A stretch of DNA of 23,888 nucleotides, taken from assembly GCA_000388065.2 (NCBI GenBank), contig KB932209.1; one strand, given 5' to 3'. Under the pieces are notes generated by a model. That model searched no databases. It had not been told where the DNA came from and saw only the letters and a list, made by a program, of their open reading frames with translations. Below, piece after piece: positions 10,288-20,913 of the stretch. The first letter of the stretch is position 1. Every line of letters starts with the position of its first letter. The stretch comes from Fonticula alba ATCC 38817. Lineage: Eukaryota; Protista; Nucleariida. Position numbers and translations under genes: made by a program.

Positions 10288-13200
10288 GGAGAGGGAGAGA
10301 GATACGTACATTGACGGCCGCCGGACAGGCGGTCTCCGAACTGTCCGAACGATGTTCCCTCAAAAGGAGGCTATCCAGCTGGCCATCGAGGATGAGATGC
10401 GCCAGCTCGGCTGTGGCGAAGACATTTCCCGGGCGGATGTTCGACAGGGAGGCAGTCAGGCCATGCTCAGCCAGCAGAGCCTCCGCCCCGTCGGTCCCCA
10501 TCTGGGACGCGTGCACGGCTTGCTGATGCGAGTGCGCCATCACCGGCAATGACACCCGGCCAAACCCGATCTTGGCCGAGGTGAAGGGCTCGCGCAACCC
10601 CGGACCGCTGGCCCGAGCCCCGGTCATGTCGGGTGCCATGTCGAGACGATCCTCAATCAGCAGCTCGGCATCCAGGGAGGGGGCGGCCGCGCGCCGGAGC
10701 ATTCGCAATCCGCGTGGCAGATCTCGGGCAACAGAAATGCCATCTGACGGGAACCCGGCCCCGGGGAGAAGGAAGAGTCAGCCAAAGCCGAGGCAGAGAG
10801 GGAGGGAGAGAGAGAGAGAAGGATGACGGTCCACAGACAGACGCAAAGCGGGAGAGGGACGGGGGGAGGGGGGACGAAGCAAAGAGCCAGGGGACGCACT
10901 GATGTAGAAGTAGCCACAACGCGCCAGGGCCTCGGGGCTGGCGATGTCGGCCCACTCCCACTCTTCCCAGAGGTCGGCAGCTGGCCCATCGGCGGAGCTA
11001 TGGCCGGGTGGCACCGGGGGAGGGGAGCCCGACATGCGGTCGGCTTCGAGCGGCTCATCGCCGAAGAATGTCCCCAGTACATCGAGGAAGGAGAAGAGCG
11101 ACCCGTCGGCCTGAGCTCCGTCATCCGGCAGCACCGGACCGGCGTTGAGCCGCGAAGAGGGAGTGAAGTTGAGAGGCACACCAGCCACACCACAGTAGAG
11201 TGACCGGGCCACATGCTGCAAGTCGTCGGCCATCGAGTGGCCATGGCTGCCGTTGGTGCCGCCGACGCGAGCTCCCCATGGCCGGAGGTCCATCGAGAGG
11301 ATCTTGGCTCCGGCCAGTTGCAGGAATTGGTCACGCAGGGACAGCGACTGGCCGGGCGAGTGCGGCGACTGCTGCTCGGCCGCCACCCGAGCCGCCTGCG
11401 ACGCCAACGACGCCAGGATCAGCGCGGACACCGAGTCACGAGAGCGCACTCCAAAGGAGGCATACGACAGCCCACGCAGAATGCGCGACTGGCGCTCGGA
11501 GAAGGTTTCCACCAGGGAGGTGCGTAGTGGGCGCGATGCCCGGCCGCCGGGCCCCGCGTCGCCAAGTTGCTGCTGCCCGGCTCCCGGCGAGTGATCGGCC
11601 TGGTAGCCGGCCAGGGGCTGGACCATCGGGTCATTGGCGCGGGTGGATGGCTGTCCGAGAGGAGTCGTCATACCGCTGGCGGGGTGCTTCTGGTCCACCG
11701 GATCCGGGAAGATGGGTGCCCAGGGCGAGACGTTCAGCAGATCATGCAAATCCAGCTCGGCCAGTCGGCCTGGATGTCAGGCTGGTGTTAGCATCGTCGT
11801 GCCCCTATTGGGAGAGCAGAGCAGAGAGGGGGAGAGAGAGAGAGAGAGAGAGAGCAGGGAGAGCAGGCGGCAGGGAGGGACTTGAGGCCAGGGCGTGCGT
11901 ATACATACCAAGCGACCCTGGATGACCGACTTGGCGAGCTTCCTGATAGAAGCCACGCGCGGCGTCGGCTGGATCACGGCGATTCCCATGCAGTCCCCAC
12001 CGGGCAAGGTCGCCCAGAAGCAGGTCCACCGCACCTGGGGGGTCGAAATCGTCCGGCTCAATGTGGGCGATCGAGTTGCCTGGAGAACGGGCGAAACGAG
12101 TGGATTAGGGCTGGGAGGGAAGGCAGTGTACTGATGGATCCACATAACAGGGTGGGAGGGAGGGAAAGAGGGGAGGGCGGGGGGAGGGCACATACGGAAC
12201 ACCTCGCGACGGTGTTTCACGGCAGGGTCCGCAAGATCCAGGCGCTCGCCTGGGAAGGGAGGCAGGCCCACGCCCGGGAGGTAGCCAGATGCCTCGGCTG
12301 ATGTTGCATTGGGCAGGTGAGAAATGGACGAGCGCATCGGGGAGAAAGAAAGATGAAAGAGAGAGGGGGGGAGAGGGGGATCGCTGCAGGAGAGGAAGAA
12401 TCTCGGAAAAGAACCGGCGCACCAAGAAGGATGGCCTTGCGGTAGAAGATGGCCGCATTCCGGCAGTTGAAGCCGCCGCTGAAGTGATCGGCTCGCGGGG
12501 AGAGAGGCTCATCGCGGGGCTGATCCCCGGGGTCGGTACCATTGAGGAGGGGATGCTCCGCCTCCCGGGGGGGAGAGGTTTCCCCGGGAGGGGAGGCGGC
12601 GATGGGGGTGTGCTTGGCGGCATCGGCGCGTCCGATCCACCACCGGTCTCCCAGAGCCGAGAGAGCCAGGATTCGCGCATCGACCGATGTCCGAGACAGG
12701 GCGGCCGGCAGTCGAGCCCCGGCTGGCGTGGTGCCCAGAGAGGCCTCCGCCATGTGGGACAGCTGCTGGAGGGTCTGCCGGGCCGCGGCGCGATCGGCCT
12801 CGATGCCGGTCGACTGCGAGGAAGACAGGAAGTCGGGTGCCACATCAGCCGCACGCATCAGATACTCCCATGACCGATGGTGGCCGGCGGCCGATGGCCG
12901 GCCCGAGACCTCCTCCACCGAGGACACCATGGCATATGTCCCATTGGAGGGGGCTCCCCAGCCGAGACCATGCAGCAAGCCAAGCAGCAGCGGCGGTCCG
13001 GGGAGGTCAGGTGCCAGCGCGGCCGCCTCCTCGAGCAGGTCGGCTGCCTTGGCGGCACTCAGTGGCTCGAACCAGCCGAACTGCATGGCCAGGCGAGTCG
13101 AAGCACACCGATGTCAGTGGAGGGAGAAGCATCGGAGGGGATGGCACGTCGACCGGGCAAGGCACGAAGTACAAGGCCGATGGAGAGAGAGAGAGGGGGG

Positions 13201-14124
13201 GGGAGGGAGAGAGAAACTGAGGTGGCGAGGGGAAGAGGGCGCGAGGAGGGCACGCACGAGGTGCCCTTCAGCGAGGAGGAAGCGAGCATCGGCGCCAGTG
13301 GCGCTCGGCACATCGGGCGCCGCGACAACCGTCTCCAGAAGGCTCTGGGATCCGGCCATCAGCCGGCGCCAGGACTTGCCAAAGGGGAAAGACGAGGCAT
13401 CCGCGCGCTCAACCAGGGCAATGGCGACGGCCAGGCGGTGGGCTGCGCCGCGGCAGCATGGTGTTCAGCCCGAAGGAGACGACGGAATGCGCCGCGTTAG
13501 ACCAGCACCCTTGGGAGAGAAGGGCGGGGGGCGGGGGGGGGGGGGGGGGGGGCGGGGGGGGGGGGGGGGGGGGGGGGAGGGGGGGGAGCAGGGCGGTGCG
13601 AGCGGCTAACGGCGCGCGGGGGCGGAGGCACGAGCAGCAGGGGCGTGCAGGGCGGGGGGGGGCCGCTCGCCCGCGCCGGCCAGACGCCCGGCGGGGGGGG
13701 GAGGGGGGGGGGGAGGGGAACCGAGGGGGGGGACGGAAAACGAAAAGGGGGGGGGGCCAGCCGGGGGGGGAAGGGGGGGGGGAGGGGGGGGAGCAGGAGG
13801 GGGTGGTGACCCTCCAAAAGGCGTACCCGGACTGGTAAGCTGCTTAGCGCAGGTGACAACCGCCGCGCTGTCAATCGGGGAGTTAACATCTAGCGGATCG
13901 AAGCCGCACTGAAGAGGGGCATTGCGCGTGGCCAGGAGCTCCGCATAGTCGGGACTCGAGCTGGAGCTCGGTGGAACATTGGTACCGGCTGCCAGGGGGC
14001 TCAACAGGACCGTGGCCGCGGCAAGCAGCAAGAACAGCAGCCGCGGAAGGGAGGCGACAGGGAGACAGTGCGTCAAGCCTAGTCGCCGCTGTGCGCGGGA
14101 AAATACCCGGAGCCTGACGTTCAT
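7592..14124 (-). CDS. SEL1L: Sel1-repeat type I membrane protein, SEL1L/Hrd3-like (ERAD HRD1 cofactor), about 1710 aa
   Basis: Exons 14124-13827, 13442-13258, 13080-12423, 12297-12196, 12079-11909, 11769-10900, 10743-10310, 10006-7592 (5133 nt, all phases compatible). N-terminal hydrophobic signal-like segment LLFLLLAAATVLLSPLAAG. Sel1-like repeats are rebuilt across splice junctions: DARFLLAEGHL|FGWFEPLSAAKAADLLEEAA, LLLGDLARWGLHGNRRDPADAARGFYQEARQVGHPGSLG|RLAEL, EALARCGYFYI|NGISVARDLPRGLRMLRRAA, TACPAAVN|LYRLAIN, EALFTLARMHATG. DLATASILLSLSRRAEPDSHLAILLARVWL resembles the SEL1L C-terminal segment. Single C-terminal TM AFIISLGLLVVGLLFL followed by a short basic/Pro tail. Confidence 0.8.
7955..8002 (-). 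repeat. (AGC)16 coding triplet repeat encoding Ser16
   Basis: gct x16 on +; FTP-S16-HGP in the SEL1L-like ORF. Confidence 0.95.
10256..10300. repeat. (GA)n-rich microsatellite in SEL1L-like intron 7
   Basis: agagagagag... with a few GGA interruptions; (TC)n on the sense strand. Confidence 0.85.
13526..13585. repeat. Poly-G tract (sense poly-C) in SEL1L-like intron 1
   Basis: Nearly pure G run with isolated C/A interruptions. Confidence 0.8.
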
Positions 14125-14311
14125 CGGGTCGCAAACACTGGACAAGGGAGGTATGCGGAGGTGGCGGCGAAGCGGACATGCGTGAACGCGAGGGCACGGA
14201 AACACCTTGAGAAGTGGTAGAGCCCCCTCCGGAGGGGGGAGTTAGGCACGCCCTTCGGATGAGAAGGGGCGAGAGGGAAGGAGAAGGGAGGGCAGTTGCG
14301 GGCTGGGGGGG

Positions 14312-15293
14312 NNNNNNNNNNNNNNNNNNNNNNNNNNNNNNNNNNNNNNNNNNNNNNNNNNNNNNNNNNNNNNNNNNNNNNNNNNNNNNNNNNNNNNNNN
14401 NNNNNNNNNNNNNNNNNNNNNNNNNNNNNNNNNNNNNNNNNNNNNNNNNNNNNNNNNNNNNNNNNNNNNNNNNNNNNNNNNNNNNNNNNNNNNNNNNNNN
14501 NNNNNNNNNNNNNNNNNNNNNNNNNNNNNNNNNNNNNNNNNNNNNNNNNNNNNNNNNNNNNNNNNNNNNNNNNNNNNNNNNNNNNNNNNNNNNNNNNNNN
14601 NNNNNNNNNNNNNNNNNNNNNNNNNNNNNNNNNNNNNNNNNNNNNNNNNNNNNNNNNNNNNNNNNNNNNNNNNNNNNNNNNNNNNNNNNNNNNNNNNNNN
14701 NNNNNNNNNNNNNNNNNNNNNNNNNNNNNNNNNNNNNNNNNNNNNNNNNNNNNNNNNNNNNNNNNNNNNNNNNNNNNNNNNNNNNNNNNNNNNNNNNNNN
14801 NNNNNNNNNNNNNNNNNNNNNNNNNNNNNNNNNNNNNNNNNNNNNNNNNNNNNNNNNNNNNNNNNNNNNNNNNNNNNNNNNNNNNNNNNNNNNNNNNNNN
14901 NNNNNNNNNNNNNNNNNNNNNNNNNNNNNNNNNNNNNNNNNNNNNNNNNNNNNNNNNNNNNNNNNNNNNNNNNNNNNNNNNNNNNNNNNNNNNNNNNNNN
15001 NNNNNNNNNNNNNNNNNNNNNNNNNNNNNNNNNNNNNNNNNNNNNNNNNNNNNNNNNNNNNNNNNNNNNNNNNNNNNNNNNNNNNNNNNNNNNNNNNNNN
15101 NNNNNNNNNNNNNNNNNNNNNNNNNNNNNNNNNNNNNNNNNNNNNNNNNNNNNNNNNNNNNNNNNNNNNNNNNNNNNNNNNNNNNNNNNNNNNNNNNNNN
15201 NNNNNNNNNNNNNNNNNNNNNNNNNNNNNNNNNNNNNNNNNNNNNNNNNNNNNNNNNNNNNNNNNNNNNNNNNNNNNNNNNNNNNNNNNNNNN
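14312..15293. other. Assembly gap (982 N)
   Basis: N run flanked by G/GA-rich simple sequence. Confidence 1.
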
Positions 15294-16174
15294 GGAGAGA
15301 GGGAGAGAGAGGGAGAGAGGGAGGGAGGGAGGGGGGGAGAGGGGGCAAAGCCGATGGTGGGGGAAAGAGGTTGGAGGAGGAGGTGTGGCCCGAAGGGTGG
15401 GATAGGCCCCCCTCGGGAGTCGGCCCCGCCACGGCAAGAACCCCCGCCCCTCCGGCCGGGCGCCCCCGAGTTTCACATCCTTCTTCCTGGTCGCCGAGCC
15501 GGCGGGGAGAGGGGGGCCCGCCGACCCGGAATCGTCCGTTCACACACATAAACGTGCGGAGGGCAACCGGGAAGAAGATGAGCCAGCACAAAGAGACCCT
15601 GCGGCTGCAACCGAAGCATCCGGGCAGCAGCATGCAGGCAGAGCGCGGAAAAAAAAAAAAAAAACAATGCACCGGCAATAACGGCATTCCTTCGCCCCGG
15701 CCGGGGGGGGGGGGGGGGCACCGGGCCTGCGAGATCGCGCACACACACGGGGGAAAAAGCTGGCCACGGAAACTTGATCAAAAGAAGCATCGCGCCGCCT
15801 GTTGCCCCGCCCCTCCGCCCGTCCGCGGGGGGAACACTCGGGAAATCCGGCGCGCCCGCTGGAAACCATTGTGGATGATGATGGCCCAGCGGCCGGCCCC
15901 TGGCCAACCGCCCCGGAGGGCAGCTCCATGCCCGGTCCCTCCCGGGAACGACTGCATGAAGAGGAGAAGAGAAAAAAGGAACACCGATAAACACACGGGC
16001 AGGGATGATTGGCCGGGAGAGAAGAACCGCCCCACCACCCGGCAGGCCGGTTTCGGTGTGTCCCGCCCCGGGCACAGCGCGCCGCGACACGGGCGAGAGG
16101 TGGCACCCCGGCTCCAAGGCGGGGGGAAGAGGCACGCCCCCCGGTCCCGGCACCCAGGCCTGCCCCCTCCCCCC

Positions 16175-16235
16175 NNNNNNNNNNNNNNNNNNNNNNNNNN
16201 NNNNNNNNNNNNNNNNNNNNNNNNNNNNNNNNNNN
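16175..16235. other. Assembly gap (61 N) inside a poly-C tract
   Basis: N run flanked by C runs. Confidence 1.
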
Positions 16236-16236
16236 G

Positions 16237-16280
<44 letters not shown>

Positions 16281-16801
16281 CGGTTGCGGCCCCCGCCGGC
16301 GCCCGGGCCCCCCCCCCCGGGGGCGCTGGCAATAGCCCGGCTTCCGCTCTGGGGGTATCTTGTCTATTCGGGGGAGGGGGGGGGGGGGGGGACTTGGAGG
16401 AGCAGCGGATGGGTACGATCGCCACACAGAGCGGGGGGATGGGACGAAGGCCCTCGCCCACATCTTGAGCGGGGGCGCGCAAGGAGCACGAGCATGGGCG
16501 TCCTCTGCAGCACACAGACACAGCACAAGCGACACAGAGGGCGGGATCTGGCCCAGAGGCACGCCGGGAACTGGGCGCGCCATGCCGCTCGGACTTCGCC
16601 GTCTGGATGAGTGTCGGCGGAGACACGCAGAGACCCACGCCAAGGGTGGCAAAAGAGGAGGGGGGGGGGGATGGGAGTGGCCCAACTGCCGCGCGGCTAT
16701 GAAGGAGGGGCGCGAGAGGCGGGCGAGGAGAGCGGCAGGCATGATCAAAAGCCGGTCACTGGGGCTCGGCCTTTGTTGGGGAAGGAAAGGCGCGCGGCGG
16801 C

Positions 16802-19800
16802 TTAGACCGTGGCGCTCAAGCGGAAGACACGCAGCAGACCCGGGTGCAGGGCCAAATGCACCTTGGAGATGGGGTGGCTCTGATAGTCGATCACAATATG
16901 GCAGGTGCCCCAGGCAGGGATCGGAGAGCCCTGCGTGTCCGGCTCGAAGCGAGCCGCGGTGACAATCTGCCCGGCCGCCGCCGCATCGGAGTCCGACTCC
17001 GAAGTGCTGGATGCCCCGGCCGCCGTGGCCGGGCCCAAGGTGCGGACCTTGTCGCTCATGCGCGGCATGCGAATGGCGCTCGAGTAGGCGGGGTTCTCAT
17101 CGGGCACAGCATCCGACCGGCTGGCCAGCGGCGACACCTTGGCCGGCAAGGGCGCCTCGGTGAGAACGGTCGACAGCATCCCGGCCCCGGGAGAAGGGTA
17201 CGCCCCCGGGGTGACGCCTGACACGGTCCGGCCAGCGGACAGTAGGGAGGGGAAAATGCCAGCCACCGCCGGGGCCGGCAGCAGCCGGGCCAGATCCAGT
17301 AGCGCATCGCCCGAAGCCCCGGCCGAAGGAGCACGGATCACCTGAGTCAGGAGCCCCCCGCGCGGGCCCTGGGTCAGCTTCTGGAAGTAGGCCTGCTCCT
17401 CGGCGGCATCGCGCGAGCGGGAACGCTTGTGCCCGGCAGCCGCCCGCTGGGCCAGCCACTGCTCGACGGTCGGCGGAGCCGAGGCCGTCAGCGGCAGGAG
17501 GTACGGCTTGCAAGCGGCCTCGCCGGAGGAGGGGAGCTTGTCGCCGATCGCCGCAAAGGTGCCCTCCAACGAGGGAACCACCTCGGCCCCGAGCTCCAAG
17601 GTCTGCAGGTACCGGGGCGGCATGCGGGCAAGCACCGGGGCAACATTGTCCACGAGGATGCGAATGGCCGCATAGGGCAGGGGCGCATCTCCATTCGGGG
17701 TCCACTCCGGGTTGGCCAGGGTGGTCACGGCGGTGGCCGAGTCGTCGGTCGTGCCGGCGGTCACCGTGGACGAGGACTTCTTCTTGCCAGCCTGACGTTC
17801 GACCAGGCGCAAGTCCGTCAAAGCCGGCAGGTGAGTGACCGTGCCGGCGGGGTTGGCAAAGAGGCCATTGTCATCGGCGGGCCGGATGGCGCTGGCCGGC
17901 GCCACGCCGGTCAACACCTGCCCGGTAATGGCAATCGGCGTGGGAGCCCGGGCCTTCGGGGCGTTGGAGCTGAAGAAGAAGGGGAAGACCCGGCGCATGA
18001 GGCCGGGATTGGCGTTGGGCTTGGGGTTGGCAGCCTGGAATTCGGCCAGCTGCACGGGGGTCGGCTCGGCGGCCGTGATGATGACACCGGCCAGGGCGAA
18101 GATGCGCGGGGGGGCACTGCGCCGGGCCACAGGCGGCGGAGCAGCAGCACCCGCACCAGCACCCGCACCAGCACCCGCACCAGCACCAGCAGCACCCGTG
18201 CCAGGCCCCGAGGCGGCGGGGGTGGCCGCGTCGCCCGCCTTGCCGCCGGCGGCCGGGGCACTCGCCACGGCGACCGGCTCGGACCGCGTGACGGAGATGG
18301 CATCGAAGGGCCGGCTGCTGGGATCGGAAAGGACATCGCCATGCCAGTTGGCCGATTCGCCAATGGCCCGGGCCAGGGCAACCGCCGCACGGTCAATGTC
18401 ACGCGCGGCGATGGCCCCATGCGCCCGGCGGGCGGGCTCGCAGAGATTCTGCGGGCCGCCAGTGGCGCCGATAAAGCCGAAGGGCACATTGGCCAAGATG
18501 GCCTGGGCATCCGGGCGCGAGGCGAAGCCATTGACCACATTGTGGGCAAGAGAGATGCTGTCACTGATGACAATGATCCCGGCAACTGGGGGGGTGGCAT
18601 CGGACCCGGCATCCATCGGCGCAAGCCCCGGCGAGGCGGACGGGCTGGCCAGCGAGGTGAAGGAAATGGACTGTGCCTTGTGGTAGGCCTCACTCGGGGC
18701 CGCGGTCACCAGCACATGGCTGTAGCCGGCCCACTCCAGGACCAGGCGCATCGTGGCATCGTAGGCGCTGCGTGTGGTCGGGTCGATGAATACCAAGACC
18801 TGGGGCCGGCTGGCCGGCAGGGGCCGGCAAACATATCCATCAGCGAGCTGGTGCATCGCGGTGTGATGCTCCTCGGCATCGGAATCGGCACTATGAGGAG
18901 GCGAGACCCGGGGCGAGAGAAAGGCAGGGGGGTGGAAAGAAAAGGGAAGAGAGGGGAAGAGAAAAAGAGGGGAAGAGAAGAGAGAGAAAGGAATAGAGAG
19001 GAGAGAGAGAGAGAGAGAGAGAGAAAGAAAGAAAGAGAAGGGAGTCAGCATATGGAAAGGGCGTCCGGATGGGAAACCACGGACAACGACCAAACACACA
19101 GGGAAGAGAGCCACGCACAGGTATGAGAAGACCGAAACACACAGACGGCCAGCCTGGAGGAAGGCCACTTCGAACTCGGTGCGGCCCGAGGAGTCATCCG
19201 TGACCAGGGGCGTGATGGCGAAGATCTGCGGCGCGGAGATGTAAAGCGGCGAGGTGACGGTGCCATTGCCAAACTCGCCGGTCGGCATAATGGCAATGGT
19301 AGCCAGGTCGGGCCGAACAAACACATGACACACGATGTTGTCCACCAGGATGGCCACCGTGGCCAGGGCCACCGAGTCGATGGTGGCCGTGTTGAAGCGC
19401 CGCGACGGGGTGCTATGATGGCCGCCCGGAGTGGCGGGGATAATTTGCACGCCATCCATCTCGGCCGCCGGCGTGGTCGGCCGAAGGCGAGCCTCCTCGC
19501 TGTCCTCATTGCCATCGTCAAGCTGGGCGTCAGGGTCGGCGGCCGTATCGATACGCAGGCCAGCCGGCTTGGCTGGCGGGGGGGGAGCCCCGAAGCCGGT
19601 CGGAGGCGGGGCCCCGAAGCCGGTCGGGGGCGGGGGGGCGAAGGCCGCCGTCGGCGGGGGCGCCTCGAACCCAGGCGCGGTCGATGGCGCGGGCGCGGGC
19701 GCCGCCGACGCCGGGGGCGCCGCAAAGGCCGCGGCTGTCGCCGGGGCCGGCTCGGCAACCGGAGTGGGCTTGGTGACCGGGACCGGGGCCGTCGTGGGCG

Positions 19801-20822
19801 GGTTGGCGAAGCCGGAAGCCGTAGCCGGGGCGGCCATCTTCGGCATCGGCATCGGGGCCGCACTGCTTGACGCGCCGCCCGTGAAGAGGTCCGGCCGGGT
19901 GGCCTGCGCGGGGCGCTCCTTCTCCGACCGGAAGTACACCATCCACGAACCGGCCGGCGCGCGGCCGGCAATGTCCGCAAAGGTGGGAGCCGCCGAGACC
20001 GAGGAGGAAAGCTTCTCCTCCTTGCCGGAGGGATCCACCGCATAGAGGGAGAACTTGGCGCCGCGCTTGGCCTCGGCCTCGAGTTCCAGCTTCTCAATCA
20101 TGGACTTGATGGTATCCTGGATGGTATCGGTCGAGGAGGGGACCACCGACTTGTAGCCCGACGCACAGTAGATACGCAGCGGCATGGTGGGAGCGCGGCG
20201 CCGGGGAGCCGCGGCGCGGCCGCGGGCAACCGACTTCAGCGGCTGGAACTGGGGAGCAGGAGATTGCCCCCGGGGGGGGGGGGGCCGACATGCATCAGAC
20301 ATCGGAACGGGATGGCAGGCGGGGGAAGGCGCGAAAGGGGCAATGGTGATTGCAAGAGGAGCGGAGGGGGGGGGGGGGGATACCTCGCCGGAGGCAGCCG
20401 GAGGGGTTGCAGTGCTCGGAGCGGCGGCAGGGACCGTGGTCGCCGGCCGGGGGGAACCCATCCCGGGGGGCGGGCCGCCGAAGCCGGGAGGCGGGCCACC
20501 AAAGCCAGGGGGCGGGCTCCCAAATCCGGAGGATGATCCGCCAGTGGATTGCTCATCGGCCGCGTCTCCGGACGAGGAGGCGGCTGGGGTAGGCCGGCGT
20601 GCCGAGGGAGGGGGGCCCATCGGCACCTTTGTCGGTGGCGATGATTGTGGAAACCGCGCGAGGGGAGACATGAGCGGAGGGCGGGGGGGGGAGGGGGGGG
20701 GGCGGTGAGTTACCAAAGGCAGACAGTCGCAGGGGTGGCGGGATGTCGGGAACGTGACGCACTTGGATGTTGGCCGCGAGTGCGGCGATCTTCGAGCCCT
20801 GTGAGCGTGGCGGCTAAGACCA

Positions 20823-20913
<91 letters not shown>

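Noticed and set aside
10900-10950. DIASPEALARCGYFYI as a BIR or C3HC zinc-finger start
   Set aside because: After splicing it continues NGISVARDLPRGLRMLRRAA, a Sel1-like repeat, and no BIR Cys/His ligands follow.
14223-14238. Perfect 16-bp palindrome ccccctccggaggggg upstream of the SEL1L-like ATG
   Set aside because: Low-complexity C/G composition makes it likely by chance.
3368-15602. Shared 13-mer aagagaccctgcg at about 3368 and about 15591, both at acceptor-like sites
   Set aside because: The match is too short and does not extend; treated as coincidence.
16240-16742. Minus-strand ORF starting MPAALLARLSRPSFIAARQLGHS (mitochondrial presequence-like)
   Set aside because: It starts only 60 nt after the gene C stop, degenerates into simple sequence and has no domain signal; more likely 3' UTR.
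14121-16748. Long ORFs spanning N runs (451, 445, 500, 369, 365, 402 aa)
   Set aside because: Artefacts of translating assembly gaps as X.
17429-19126. 565-aa + strand ORF and other + strand ORFs over genes C and SEL1L-like
   Set aside because: Antisense shadows of GC3-rich coding sequence.
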